Shown in pieces: positions 20,279 to 30,217 of a DNA stretch of 64,000 nucleotides; the stretch's first letter is position 1, and each line of letters opens with the position of its first letter. Below the pieces are notes generated by a model, which did not search any database, was not told where the DNA came from, and was given only the letters and a program-made list of their open reading frames with translations. This stretch comes from an uncultured Acidimicrobiia bacterium (GTDB lineage: Bacteria > Actinomycetota > Acidimicrobiia > Spongiisociales > UBA5794). Where the stretch lies: assembly GCA_963834375.1 (NCBI GenBank), contig CAWIBM010000004.1:97297-161296 (forward strand), read 5' to 3'. The position numbers and the translations under genes are program-made.

Positions 20279-21622
20279 GTGATGCGACGGGGCCGACTGC
20301 TCGCCATTGCGATCGCCGTCGTCCTCGTCGCCGGCGTTCCCCGGCTGGTCCGGGCGATCGACGGCGGCGGGGGGACCGAGCCACGGGTGTTCGCCACCAA
20401 CCTTCCCTCGCCGACGAGCGAAGACACCACCCCGATGGCCGGGATCGGCGAGCTGGACCGGCTGATCACGGTGGTGTCGGCACGGCTCGAGGGGCACGAC
20501 AACTACCTCGACGTGCGCACCCTCGGTGAGCTCCATCTCGCCCGGGCGCACCGTGACGGGAGCCTCGCCGACTACGAGGAGGCGGTGCGCCTCCTCACCG
20601 GCACCCATCAGCGAGATCCAGACGACCCAGACGGTTCCACCGCCCTCGCCGCGACCCATCTCGCCCTCCACCGATTCGGCCAGGCGGCAGATCTGGCCGA
20701 GGGCGCCTTGGCCGCCGCCCCCGACCACGTCGGCGCCCACGCCGTCCTCGGCGACGCCTCGCTGGCGGCCGGCGACGTGGCCAGGGCTCGCGCCTCGTAC
20801 ACCGTGCTCGCCGCCGCGCTGCCCGTCGACCCGGCGGTGGCGGTTCGGCAGAGCGAGCTGGGCTGGCAGACCGGTGACGTGGCCGGCTCGCGGGAGCGTT
20901 CCCGGCAAGCGGTCGACCAGGCCCGCGCTCTCGGGCTGGACGGCGGTGAGCTCGCCTTCTACCTCGTCTACGACGCCCACCGCGCCCTCGACGCCGGCGA
21001 CCACGACACCGCCGAGAGGCGCCTTGGCGAGGCCCGCAGCCTTGCCCCCGAAGACCCGTCGATGCTGGCGGAGCTCGGCCGGTTGCGCGCCGCCCAGGGG
21101 GAACTCGCCTCCGCCGAGGATGCGTACCGGCGGTCGACTGACTTGCGTCCCGACCCGGACACGCTCATCGCCCTGGGCGACGTGCTCACCGCACGCGGCG
21201 ACTCCGCCGGCGCCGAGGACGCCTACGCCACGGTGGAAGCCGTGGTGGCGCTGGCATCGGGCGCCGAGGTGTACCGGGGCGCCCTGGCACGGTTCCACAC
21301 CGAGCACGGCGACCCGGTTACGGCAGTGGACCTGGCCGTCGCCGAGGCCGAGGCACGTCGCGACCCGGCGACGCTGGAGACCCTCGGCCGGGCACTCACC
21401 GCCGCCGGTCGCCATGCCGAGGCGCAGCAAGCGCTCGACCGGGCCCTGGCCACGGGGATCGTCGACGCCGGGCTCCTCTATGCGTCCGGGGTGGTCGCCG
21501 CTTCGCTCGGCGACGCCGAACGTGCGGTGCACGACCTCGAGGCGGCTCTGTCGATCGACCCGCGGTTCCATCCGATCGAGGCCGCCGACGCCGCCCGCCT
21601 GATCGAGGAGCTGGCACCGTGA
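20279..21622 (+). CDS. tetratricopeptide-repeat protein with N-terminal anchor/signal
   Basis: Hydrophobic N-terminus; repeated helical A/L/G-patterned units (LGDASLAAGDVARARASY; LGDVLTARGDSAGAEDAY). Confidence 0.82.
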   Translation: MMRRGRLLAIAIAVVLVAGVPRLVRAIDGGGGTEPRVFATNLPSPTSEDTTPMAGIGELDRLITVVSARLEGHDNYLDVRTLGELHLARAHRDGSLADYEEAVRLLTGTHQRDPDDPDGSTALAATHLALHRFGQAADLAEGALAAAPDHVGAHAVLGDASLAAGDVARARASYTVLAAALPVDPAVAVRQSELGWQTGDVAGSRERSRQAVDQARALGLDGGELAFYLVYDAHRALDAGDHDTAERRLGEARSLAPEDPSMLAELGRLRAAQGELASAEDAYRRSTDLRPDPDTLIALGDVLTARGDSAGAEDAYATVEAVVALASGAEVYRGALARFHTEHGDPVTAVDLAVAEAEARRDPATLETLGRALTAAGRHAEAQQALDRALATGIVDAGLLYASGVVAASLGDAERAVHDLEAALSIDPRFHPIEAADAARLIEELAP

Positions 21623-23157
21623 GGCGGATGGCCATCGTCGTCGGGACGCTCGTCGCCGTGCTCCTGACCGCGGCGCCGGCCGGGGCGCACCCTCTCGGCA
21701 ACGTCTCGGTGAGCCACCACCTCGGCGTCCTGGTCACCCCGGGTGCCGTCGAGGTCACCCATCTCGTCGACATGGCGGAGATCCCGGCCTTCCGAGCACT
21801 GCGCCAGATCGACGCCGACGGTGACGGCGCGGCGACGGCGGCCGAATTGGGCTCCTGGGCGACGGACGAGTGTGCCAGGCGACGCCAGGCCACGAAGGTG
21901 GATGTGGCGGGCACGCCGGTCGAGCTCGTCGGTGGCAGTTCGACGGCGGTGACGTCGCCGGGCGAGGCGGGCCTGCAGACCCTTCTCCTCACCTGTCGAT
22001 CGGGAGCCGCGATCTCGCTGGGAGGCGCCACCGAGGTCGAGGTGATGAACACGGACGACGCCGGCCTGGTCGGCTGGCGGGAGGTCGTCGTCGCCGGCGA
22101 CGGTGTGGCCATCGCGAGCGAAGCTCCCTCGACCAGCCCGAGCGACCTCCTGCGGGCCTATCCGGAGGGTCAGGTGAGCGACGTCCACCGTGCCGTTGCC
22201 ACGGTCACCCCGAGCAACTCCTCGGTTGGTAGTGCCGGGGCCAATTCGGAAGCGGCCGCCGAGGACTTGGCGGCGGCGGGAGACGGCGCCCCTCCGGTGG
22301 TTGGCGCTCTCGGCGAGCTCGTGTCAGGTAGCGCAACGGCAGGGGGGACCGGGCTCGCCATCGCCGCCGCCTTCGCCCTCGGGCTCGCCCATGCCCTGGC
22401 ACCGGGACACGGCAAGGCGCTGATGGCCGCCTACCTCGTCGGGCGGTCCGGCACCGTGCGCCACGCCGTCGGGATCGGCGCCTCGGTGGCCGTCTCCCAC
22501 ACCCTCGGCGTCGCCGTGCTCGGACTGCTGACGCTGGCGGCCTCGTCGACCTTCGAGCCGTCCGCCGTCTACCCGTGGCTCTCGGTGGGCGCCGGCGTGG
22601 TCGTCCTGGCCCTCGGCGGCTCGTTGCTGGCCCGCGCCGGTACCCGGGTGCTCGCCCACCGGCGCGGCCGGCAAGGCCACAGCCATGACGATGGCCATGG
22701 GCACGGCCACCGCCATGACCAGGGTCACGACCATGGCCACGGCCATGACGGCGCCCACGGGCACAGCCACGGCCATACGCACGGGCCTGGTCACGAACAC
22801 GGGCACGGCGCCGCCGGCGACGTGACCGGCTCCGGCTGGAAGTCGTTCGCCGCCCTCGGGCTGTCCGGCGGACTCGTCCCCTCGGCGTCGGCGGTGGTTC
22901 TTTTGCTCGGGGCGGTCCACCTGGGCAGGATCGGGCTCGGCCTCGTCCTCGTGGCCGCCTTCGGCGTGGGAATGGCCTTCGCCCTCACCGGCGTCGGGAT
23001 GCTGGTGGTGGTGGTGCGGTCCCGCGGTGCCCGGCTGCTGCCCGACCGGGTCAGCCCCCTCCTCGCAACGGCCCTGCCCGTCGTCATGGGGATCGTGGTG
23101 CTCGGTGCCGGGGTCTACATGACCTGGAGCGCGGTCGCCGATGTCGGCGCGCTGTGA
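21619..23157 (+). CDS. RcnA/NiCoT-type Ni/Co transporter fused to an extracytoplasmic N-terminal domain, with His-rich loop
   Basis: Signal peptide then HPLGN; HALAPGHGK motif; 18-His loop; GLVPSASA; several TM helices. Confidence 0.82.
   Translation: MRRMAIVVGTLVAVLLTAAPAGAHPLGNVSVSHHLGVLVTPGAVEVTHLVDMAEIPAFRALRQIDADGDGAATAAELGSWATDECARRRQATKVDVAGTPVELVGGSSTAVTSPGEAGLQTLLLTCRSGAAISLGGATEVEVMNTDDAGLVGWREVVVAGDGVAIASEAPSTSPSDLLRAYPEGQVSDVHRAVATVTPSNSSVGSAGANSEAAAEDLAAAGDGAPPVVGALGELVSGSATAGGTGLAIAAAFALGLAHALAPGHGKALMAAYLVGRSGTVRHAVGIGASVAVSHTLGVAVLGLLTLAASSTFEPSAVYPWLSVGAGVVVLALGGSLLARAGTRVLAHRRGRQGHSHDDGHGHGHRHDQGHDHGHGHDGAHGHSHGHTHGPGHEHGHGAAGDVTGSGWKSFAALGLSGGLVPSASAVVLLLGAVHLGRIGLGLVLVAAFGVGMAFALTGVGMLVVVVRSRGARLLPDRVSPLLATALPVVMGIVVLGAGVYMTWSAVADVGAL
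22675..22809 (+). repeat. (GH)n His-rich low-complexity coding repeat
   Basis: GHSHDDGHGHGHRHDQGHDHGHGHDGAHGHSHGHTHGPGHEHGHG, 18 His in 45 residues. Confidence 0.9.
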
Positions 23158-23246
23158 CCGCCGGCGGTGCCGCTCTCGTCGCCCCGGGGTGGCGGGCGGT
23201 GTGCCGGGCGGTCGTGGACGTCACGATTAGGCTCACCACCCCTGGC

Positions 23247-23810
23247 ATGCCCGACACTCCCCCGTCCCTCGAGGAGCTGATGGTGGCTGTCGCCGGTGGC
23301 GACGCCGCCGCCTTCGGCGATCTCTACGACCGGGTCGCCGGCCTGGTGTACGGGATCGTCCTCCGGGTGGTTCGTGACCCGGCGCAGAGCGAGGAGGTCG
23401 CCCAAGACGTGATGGCGGAGACGTGGCGGACCGCCGGGCGCTTCGACCCTGCCCTCGGCGGCGCCAAGGGGTGGATCGCCGTCATGGCGCACCGGAGGGC
23501 CATCGACCTGGTTCGCAGCGTGCAGAAGGGCCGGGACCGGGCTCGCACCTACGGGATCGTCGCCGCCGCCGGCGCCCACTACGACAGCGTCGAGGCGGAG
23601 GCCATCGTTAACGCCGAGCACGACCAGGTGCGCACCGCCCTCGGCGAGCTGAGCGCCAGCCAGCGGGAGGCGATCGAACTGGCCTACTACGACGGGCTCA
23701 CCTACCGGCAGGTAGCCGAGCACATCGGTGCCCCGGTGGGCACCGTGAAGACGAGGATGCGGGACGGGCTCAACCGCCTTCGCACGATCCTGGGGACTGC
23801 CGGTGGCTGA
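23247..23810 (+). CDS. sigK: ECF RNA polymerase sigma factor, SigK-like
   Basis: LYDRVAGLVYG..RVVRDPAQSEEVAQDV..WRTAGRFDP..MAHRRAIDLVRS; region 4 QREAIELAYYDGLTYRQVA..GTVKTRMRDGL. Confidence 0.88.
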   Translation: MPDTPPSLEELMVAVAGGDAAAFGDLYDRVAGLVYGIVLRVVRDPAQSEEVAQDVMAETWRTAGRFDPALGGAKGWIAVMAHRRAIDLVRSVQKGRDRARTYGIVAAAGAHYDSVEAEAIVNAEHDQVRTALGELSASQREAIELAYYDGLTYRQVAEHIGAPVGTVKTRMRDGLNRLRTILGTAGG

Positions 23811-24532
23811 CGCCGACCTCCACGACCTCGCCGCCGCCTACGCCCTCGATGCGCTCGACGCCGAGCAACGGGTGCTCTTCGAAGGGCACCTCGACACCTG
23901 CGACGACTGCCGGCGCCAGGTCGACGAGGCCTGGGCGGCCCTGGCCGAACTCGGCGACCTGGGGGCTGTCCCGCCGCCGCCGGCGATGCGCCCGGCGGTC
24001 ATGGAGCGCATCGCGGCCACTCCCCAGGAGAGCCCCAGGCACCGACCGGGCGGCACTTCACCCGATCCCCGACCTCCCACCCGACGCAGTCCCGGCGGAC
24101 CGACGCCCGGCACGCTGGGCGGCAGCCGTGGCCATCGCGGCCGCCGCCGTCGTCGGGGCGCTGCTCCTCGTCGACACCGGAACCGACGCCGAGGACGTGC
24201 TGGCCGCCCCCGACGCGGTCACCGTGCCGGTGGAGACCGAGACAGTGCCCGACGGCGTCCTGGTGTTCTCTCCCGAGCTCGGGCGTGGGGTGTTCACCGC
24301 CGGCTCCCTGCCCGCCGTTGACGAGGACGAGACCTACCAGCTCTGGTTGATCGAGGGCGAGACTCCGGCACCCGCCGGCGTGTTCGTGCCGGACGAAGAC
24401 GGGGACGTCGAGGTGCTCCTCGACGGGGACGTCGCCGCCGGCCAGGTCCTCGGTTTGACCGTCGAGCCGGCCGGCGGCAGCGACAGCCCTACCGGCGAGA
24501 TCCTCGTCGCCACACCGATCGGGGAGGCTTGA
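23803..24532 (+). CDS. rskA: anti-sigma-K factor RskA-like, one apparent frameshift near 24035
   Basis: N-terminal AYALDAL...FEGHLDTCDDC (ZAS HxxxCxxC) in frame 23803; TM helix and DETYQLWLI...LTVEPAGGSDSPTG (RskA C-terminus) in frame 23849. Confidence 0.82.
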
Positions 24533-24584
24533 CGGCGGGTCCCGCTCCCCGCGGCAACTCGGCCCCGGTCGACCCTGACCAGGC

Positions 24585-27098
24585 TCACAGCCCCCTGGCG
24601 GAGACCACGCCGCGATCGACGAGGCGGATGGCCTCGGCGGCGTCGTCGCCGAGATCGGGAAAGACGTCGCGGACCTGGCGGAGCAGGTCCAAGGTCTGGC
24701 GCGCCAGCCGGACGAAGTCGCCGGCCGACGACTCCTCGTCGAACAGGTCCTCGAGGTTGGCTCCGCTCGCCCAACGATGGATCCGCTCCACGTAGCCGTC
24801 GTCGGGTGGGCGCATCGACTCGATGCCCCTCCGCGTCTCGTCGGCCGACAGCTCCTCGCCCAACTCGAAGATGGCGTCCACCGAGTCGGCGCAGGCGGGT
24901 GTGGGCATTCCGCCGGGGACGTCGCCGCGACGGCTCTCGTACACGAAGACGGAGAGGACCGCCGCCAGCTCGGCCGGGGTCAGGTGGTCGAGGATCCGCT
25001 CGTGGGCGGTCTCCGCCACCAGCAGGTCCAGCTCGTTGTAGATGAACCGGAGCCGCTCGCCCCGCTCGGTCAACGCCCAGGCCTTCGTGTAGCCGCGGTG
25101 ATCGAGCACCGCCAAGCCGGTGCGGAACCGCTCGACCAGGTCGTCGCCGCCCCGCTCGAGGGCCCGCTCGATGCGGTCGATCTGGGCACGCACCCGGGCC
25201 GCCCGCTCCAGGCCGGCGAGGTGGTCGGCGAGATCGGGGCAGGTGGCGACCGGGTCGAGGCGATCGGCGGTCCTGTCGACCGGCGCCGCCGGCTCGAACT
25301 CGGCCAGCAGCCTCGCCACCTGGCGGGTGAACGCCTTCTCCTTGGGCCGCCATTGCTCGGGGAGCGCCAGTGTTCCCCGTTCGACGGTGGCCGGTGGCAG
25401 GTCCCCAGCAGGCAGCCGCCGGGTTCGCCCCGTGGCATCCACCAGCAGCAGCCGGGGATTCGGGCCGTACCCGCGTGCCAGCAGCACCATTCGCTGCCCG
25501 GCGCCGAGCTCGATCACCGAGCCCTCCACCAGGCCCTGGGCGAAGTCGGCCATCCGGCGACCGGCATCGGCGCGACTCTCCGCATAGGCGGCAACGTCCC
25601 CGAGCTCGCACCGGGCCTGTTCCTCCAGGTCGGCCAGCTGGGACCGGAGGTCATCGACCCGGGCCGTTTCCTGTTGGCGACGCCGCTGGTGGCGGTGTTG
25701 GGCGAACGACGCCCGCACCAGGTCCTCGGCGCGGTGGCGTGGGTACGTAGCCACCAGGTTCACCGCCATGTTGTAGGTGGGCGTGAAGCTCGAGACCAAC
25801 GGGTGGCTGCCCTGGGCGGCGATCGAAGCCACCCGGTCGAACGGGATCTCGGCCTGGTGCAGCACCACCGCGGTGCCGGTCCGATCGATGCCGCGCCTGC
25901 CCGCCCGCCCGGTCAGCTGGGTGTAGTCGCCGGGGCGGAGGACCTCGTGGGACTCGCCGTCGAACTTGGAAAGCCGCTCCAGCACGACGGCCTTCGCCGG
26001 CATGTTGATCCCCAATGCCAGCGTCTCGGTGGCGAACACCACCTTGATCAACCCGGCGGCGAACAGGCTCTCCACGGTCTCCTTGAACGCCGGGACCATG
26101 CCCGCATGGTGTGCCGCCACCCCCTCCTCCAGGTCGGCCACCCACCGGTCGAACCCGAGGACGGCGAGATCGGCCGGGTCGAGGTGGGCGGTGCCGGCGT
26201 GGGCGGTTCGGACGATCTCCGCCCGTTCGGCGGCGGTGGTCAATCCCGGCTTGGCCCCCGCCACATGGGTTGCCGCGTCGCCGCACCCCGCCCGGGAGAA
26301 GATGAAGTAGATGGCGGGGAGCATCCCCAGCCGGGACAGCTCCTCCACCACCCGGAGCCGGCGAGGAGCCACGAACCGCCGGAAGCGGCCCCGTCCCTTG
26401 CGGAGCATGGACACCACGGCCGGGTTGGGCCGCTTCCCCGAGCGGTCGAAGACGGGGAACATCTCGACCACCCGCTCGCGGTGGCGGTCCTCGACCATGT
26501 ACACGCTCTCCAGCGGGACCGGGCGGTGTCTCTCCTCGACGAGCACCGTCTCGCCGCGCCGCGCCTCGACCCACTCGGTGAGCTCGTCGGCGTTGGCGAC
26601 CGTCGCCGACAGGCTGACCAGCTGGATGTGGCGGGGAAGGTGGATGATCACCTCTTCCCAAACCGAGCCGCGGTAGCGGTCCTGCAGGAAGTGGACCTCG
26701 TCCAGCACGACGACCGCGAGCCCGTCGAGCCGTGACGAGTCGGCGTAGATCATGTTGCGCAGCACCTCGGTGGTCATCACGACGGTGGGCGCGTCGCCGT
26801 TGACGACGTTGTCGCCGGTGAGCAGGCCGACCCCGGCCTCACCGTATGTGGACACCAGATCGCCGTACTTCTGGTTGGAGAGCGCCTTGATGGGAGTGGT
26901 GTAGAAGGCCCGTGCCCGGCGACGGCGGGCCAGCTCCACCGCCGCCTCGGCGACCAGGGTCTTCCCGGCTCCCGTCGGGGCGGTGACCACCACCGACCTC
27001 CCCGCCTCGACGTGGCCGATCGCCTCCAGCTGGAAGGCGTCGGGCGTGAAAGGAAGGCTCGCCACCCAGTCGGCGAGGTCCCCCCTCCTCGTGTTCAC
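24585..27098 (-). CDS. helY: Ski2-like DEAD/DEAH RNA helicase (HelY)
   Basis: APTGAGKT, YTTPIKALSNQK, DEVHFL, HHAGMVP, ATETLALGINMPA, QLTGRAGRRGID, C-terminal AGDFVR; GTG overlaps the tatC stop. Confidence 0.9.
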   Translation of the reverse strand: MNTRRGDLADWVASLPFTPDAFQLEAIGHVEAGRSVVVTAPTGAGKTLVAEAAVELARRRRARAFYTTPIKALSNQKYGDLVSTYGEAGVGLLTGDNVVNGDAPTVVMTTEVLRNMIYADSSRLDGLAVVVLDEVHFLQDRYRGSVWEEVIIHLPRHIQLVSLSATVANADELTEWVEARRGETVLVEERHRPVPLESVYMVEDRHRERVVEMFPVFDRSGKRPNPAVVSMLRKGRGRFRRFVAPRRLRVVEELSRLGMLPAIYFIFSRAGCGDAATHVAGAKPGLTTAAERAEIVRTAHAGTAHLDPADLAVLGFDRWVADLEEGVAAHHAGMVPAFKETVESLFAAGLIKVVFATETLALGINMPAKAVVLERLSKFDGESHEVLRPGDYTQLTGRAGRRGIDRTGTAVVLHQAEIPFDRVASIAAQGSHPLVSSFTPTYNMAVNLVATYPRHRAEDLVRASFAQHRHQRRRQQETARVDDLRSQLADLEEQARCELGDVAAYAESRADAGRRMADFAQGLVEGSVIELGAGQRMVLLARGYGPNPRLLLVDATGRTRRLPAGDLPPATVERGTLALPEQWRPKEKAFTRQVARLLAEFEPAAPVDRTADRLDPVATCPDLADHLAGLERAARVRAQIDRIERALERGGDDLVERFRTGLAVLDHRGYTKAWALTERGERLRFIYNELDLLVAETAHERILDHLTPAELAAVLSVFVYESRRGDVPGGMPTPACADSVDAIFELGEELSADETRRGIESMRPPDDGYVERIHRWASGANLEDLFDEESSAGDFVRLARQTLDLLRQVRDVFPDLGDDAAEAIRLVDRGVVSARGL

Positions 27099-27808
27099 TT
27101 CTTGAGCCCGAAGCGGATGGCGAGGATCGTCGCCTCGTAGAGGACGTAGAGCGGACCGGCGAGCAGGACCAGGGTCAGCGGGTCCCCTCCGGGGGTGAGC
27201 AGAGCCGAGCCCACCAGGATGACCGTCACCGCCCAGCGCCGCCACGAGCGCAGGGTCCGTGAAGTGACGACGCCGGCGGCGCCGGCGGCGAACAGGAACA
27301 CCGGGAAGAGGAAGGCGAGCCCGAAGGCGAGCAGGAAGCGCATGGCGAACCGGAGGTAGTACTCGGCGCCGATGACGGGGTCGAGGATGTCGGAGCCGAT
27401 GCCGAGCAACAGCCGGAGCGTCATCGGGAGCGCCAGGTACCCGACCACCACCCCGACGGTGAACAGGACGGCGAGGACGATGGAGAGCGGCACAGCGAAC
27501 TTCCGCTCCCGCGGTGTCAGCGCCGGGCTGATGAACCCCCACGTCTGACCGATCAGCACCGGCGAGGCGATGACCACGCCCCCGAAGAGCGCCACCCTCA
27601 GCACGAGCGTGAAGGCCTCGGCGGGCTGGAAGAAGGCGAGGCGGTCCCCGTCGACCGCCTCCAGGTAGGGCTCGGCGAGGATGTCGAGGAGCTGCTCGTA
27701 GAAGATCGCCGCCACCACGGTGCCGATGGTGATGGCGACGACGGAGACGATCAGCCGCCGGCGCAACTCGACCAGGTGGTCCATGAACGTCATCGGGCCG
27801 TCGGTCAT
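27095..27808 (-). CDS. tatC: twin-arginine translocase subunit TatC
   Basis: MTFMDHLVELRRRL, WGFISPALTPRE, LTPGGDP, LYE. Confidence 0.95.
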   Translation of the reverse strand: MTDGPMTFMDHLVELRRRLIVSVVAITIGTVVAAIFYEQLLDILAEPYLEAVDGDRLAFFQPAEAFTLVLRVALFGGVVIASPVLIGQTWGFISPALTPRERKFAVPLSIVLAVLFTVGVVVGYLALPMTLRLLLGIGSDILDPVIGAEYYLRFAMRFLLAFGLAFLFPVFLFAAGAAGVVTSRTLRSWRRWAVTVILVGSALLTPGGDPLTLVLLAGPLYVLYEATILAIRFGLKK

Positions 27809-27862
27809 GTCGGAGGCGGCGTGCTCCCTGTCGCCGGCGGGTCGGGGGCGCCGAGCGGGTCG

Positions 27863-28207
27863 TCACCCGGCCGGTCGACTCCCGGCTCGTCTGATTCTCT
27901 CCTCGGGATCCGGCGGCGCCGGCGCACGTCTCGGGTTGCGGGTCGGGGCGATGTCGTCCAGGTTGGGGATGGCGGCTCTCAGGTCCGCCTTGGCGGCGCG
28001 CAGGTCGCGGTCGATGTCGGCGAGCGGCTTGGCCAGCTCCTCGGTGCTCGCCGTCAGCTCCTGGCGCACGTTCCCGGCGGCTTGGCGCAGCTTGGCGACC
28101 GCCATCCCCGCCTTGCGGGCCAGTTCGGGCAGCCGGTGGGGCCCGAAGACGATGAGGATGATCACCGAGATGGTGATGATCTCCGACAGCGTCAGGTTGG
28201 CGTTCAC
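27863..28207 (-). CDS. TatA/TatB family subunit
   Basis: EIITISVIILIVFGPHRLPELARKAG TM plus amphipathic helix; upstream of tatC. Confidence 0.85.
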   Translation of the reverse strand: MNANLTLSEIITISVIILIVFGPHRLPELARKAGMAVAKLRQAAGNVRQELTASTEELAKPLADIDRDLRAAKADLRAAIPNLDDIAPTRNPRRAPAPPDPEERIRRAGSRPAG

Positions 28208-28300
28208 CGTGCCGATGGTAGGACGGGAGTCGCCCCCGACCGGTCCCCCCGGTGTGCCCTTGGCGGTCCCCGTGGATCGGTCGGAGCGCGGCTCCGCCGG

Positions 28301-29236
28301 TCAAGCCCGGTAGCGAGCCAGGATCCTGGTCCGTAGGTCGGCGACGGCGTCTGCGACCTCGGTGCCCCGCAGCAGCTCGGCGTCGCTCCCGAGACGAAGC
28401 AGCAGCCGGGCGGCCACCGAGGCGTCGCCGGCGAAGAAGCGGATCGTGGCGGACCCGCCCTCGCCCTCGTCGGCGAGGAGGTCCACCGGGTAGTAGTCGA
28501 CGACCCACCGGGCGCGGGGGCCGAGACGGATCTCGCACACCACGTCGTCGTCCCCCCGGTTGTACGACACCAGCGGGGGCGGGGTCTCTGCAGGAGGCTC
28601 GAAGCGATCCCCGGTCGTGTGCAGGTCCCGGATGCGGTCGATGCGGAACACCCGCTCGTCCCGGGCGAGCCGGCAATGCCCGGTCACGTACCAGTTGCCC
28701 AGCGTGGAGAACACCAACCACGGCTCGACGTCCCGTTCGGTGGTGCGGTCCCCGGCAATGGCGGTGTACACCAGGTGAACCACCCGGTGGTCGGCCGCCG
28801 CCCGACGGAGCTCTCCGACCATGCCCGGCTCGGGCAGGTCGACGGTGAGCACCTCGCCGGCGTCGGGGAAGATCGCCGCCACCAGCTTGTCGACCGCACG
28901 CCGCAACGCCTCGGGAGCCTCGCCGGTGGACAGCATCGCCAACCCCGAGGCGATGAGGCTGAGCGCTTCGGGAGCGGTGAGCTGGACCGGGTCGGCGAAG
29001 TAGTCGGCCATCTCGATGACCACCTCGTCGTCGTCGATGTAGGCGACCATCAGGTCGTCGGGCCCGTAACCCGGGAGACCGCACACGAAGAGCAGGTTGA
29101 GGTCGGCGGCCAGTGCCCGGCGGTCATAGCCGAATCGCGTGCAGACCTCGTCGACGGTCGACCCGGGATGGGCAATCACCCAGGGCAGCATCCCGAGCAG
29201 CCGGTTGAGCCGGCCGGCGGTGCGGACACTGGTCAT
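28301..29236 (-). CDS. pafC: WYL-domain transcriptional regulator PafC
   Basis: RLNRLLGMLPW wHTH, LTAPEALSL, RDVEPW..WYVTGHCRLARDERVFRIDRI. Confidence 0.88.
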   Translation of the reverse strand: MTSVRTAGRLNRLLGMLPWVIAHPGSTVDEVCTRFGYDRRALAADLNLLFVCGLPGYGPDDLMVAYIDDDEVVIEMADYFADPVQLTAPEALSLIASGLAMLSTGEAPEALRRAVDKLVAAIFPDAGEVLTVDLPEPGMVGELRRAAADHRVVHLVYTAIAGDRTTERDVEPWLVFSTLGNWYVTGHCRLARDERVFRIDRIRDLHTTGDRFEPPAETPPPLVSYNRGDDDVVCEIRLGPRARWVVDYYPVDLLADEGEGGSATIRFFAGDASVAARLLLRLGSDAELLRGTEVADAVADLRTRILARYRA

Positions 29237-30153
29237 CCGGCGACCCTGGTGACCAGCCGCTGCCGGAGCTCGACCGGGGCGACGATCTCGGCGCGGTCCT
29301 CGAACGACAGGACCCAGCCGATCAACGCCTCCGGGTTGGCCACCCGCAGCCGCAACTCGATCCCGCCGTCGGGAAGCCGGGTCACCGTGGCCGGGTCGTG
29401 GACCTGGCGCTCCGCCCACCAGGCCAGGTCGGGGTCGATGCGCACCACCGCCGTGGTCTCCGCGTCTCCGCCCGCCTCCCAGGGGGCGTCGGGCACGAAG
29501 GCGGCGGCGGAGAAGTCCCCGGGTCGGTCGAAGGCGGCGGGGGGGCCGGTGGCGCGCACCGGCGCCGCCCGGTCGAGGCGGTAGAGCTTGACGACGCTGT
29601 CGTCGCGCTCCGGTCCGATGAGGTACCAGTGACCGCGCCGATGGGCCAGCCCGAACGGTGCCACCACCCGTTCCCGCCCCCGGTAGTCGAAGGCGAGGTG
29701 GCGGCGCTCGGAGACGGCCAGGAACACCACGGCCAGGTCGCCCTCGCTGGTCCCCAGGTCGGCGGCGAGCGGCTCCCCGGCCGGCGCCAGCGGCGTGCCG
29801 CCCAGCTTGAACATGGCGTCGGGCCCGGAGGACCGTCCCCCCATCCGCACCACCTGGGCAGCCAGCCACAGCGCCGCCCGCTCGTCGTCGGTCAGTCCCG
29901 GGTCGGGGAAGTCGGGTTCCTCTTTCACGGTGTACCCGTGCTCGACCTCCCAGGCGTCGGTGGGTCGCAGCTCCAACCGGAAGCCGAGGCTGCGCAGGAG
30001 GTCCTTGTCGCGCTCGAAGGTGCGACGGAACGCCTCGTCGCTTTCCCCGTTGTAGCCGGCCACCGTGTGCCTGATCTCGTCGGCGGTCACCGGCCGTCCC
30101 ACGGTCAACAGGAACGCCAGCAGGTTCAGGATCCGCTCGATGACCTTGTGCAT
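29233..30153 (-). CDS. pafB: WYL-domain transcriptional regulator PafB
   Basis: ERILNLLAFLL, RRTFERDKDLLR, RRGHWYLIG..YRLDR; directly after pafA. Confidence 0.88.
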   Translation of the reverse strand: MHKVIERILNLLAFLLTVGRPVTADEIRHTVAGYNGESDEAFRRTFERDKDLLRSLGFRLELRPTDAWEVEHGYTVKEEPDFPDPGLTDDERAALWLAAQVVRMGGRSSGPDAMFKLGGTPLAPAGEPLAADLGTSEGDLAVVFLAVSERRHLAFDYRGRERVVAPFGLAHRRGHWYLIGPERDDSVVKLYRLDRAAPVRATGPPAAFDRPGDFSAAAFVPDAPWEAGGDAETTAVVRIDPDLAWWAERQVHDPATVTRLPDGGIELRLRVANPEALIGWVLSFEDRAEIVAPVELRQRLVTRVAG

Positions 30154-30217
30154 CGCTCGCCAGCGTATCGACACCCCGACACCCGGGGAAGCACCCGGTG
30201 AGCGGCGTGCAGACGGG

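Noticed and set aside
19080-21660. Twin-arginine signals in DUF4331, TPR and the transporter (all start with RR, near tatC)
   Set aside because: Flanking residues (RRAAP, RRGRL, RRMAI) fit the S/T-RRxFLK consensus poorly; Sec export is at least as likely.
22675-22809. Short GGCCAC/CATGAC-type repeats as an array or CRISPR
   Set aside because: These are the coding His-Gly loop; there is no repeat-spacer structure and no cas genes in the window.
24585-29084. 1499-aa ORF that looks like a giant helicase fusion
   Set aside because: Only 24585-27098 is HelY. The upstream 660 codons overlap tatC, tatA/B and pafC in other frames and are low-complexity R/P/G shadow sequence typical of high GC.
30160-30185. 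TGTCGG upstream of pafB as an autoregulatory PafBC site
   Set aside because: The spacer to TACGCT is 8 nt rather than 10, so only the SigA-like -10 is credible.
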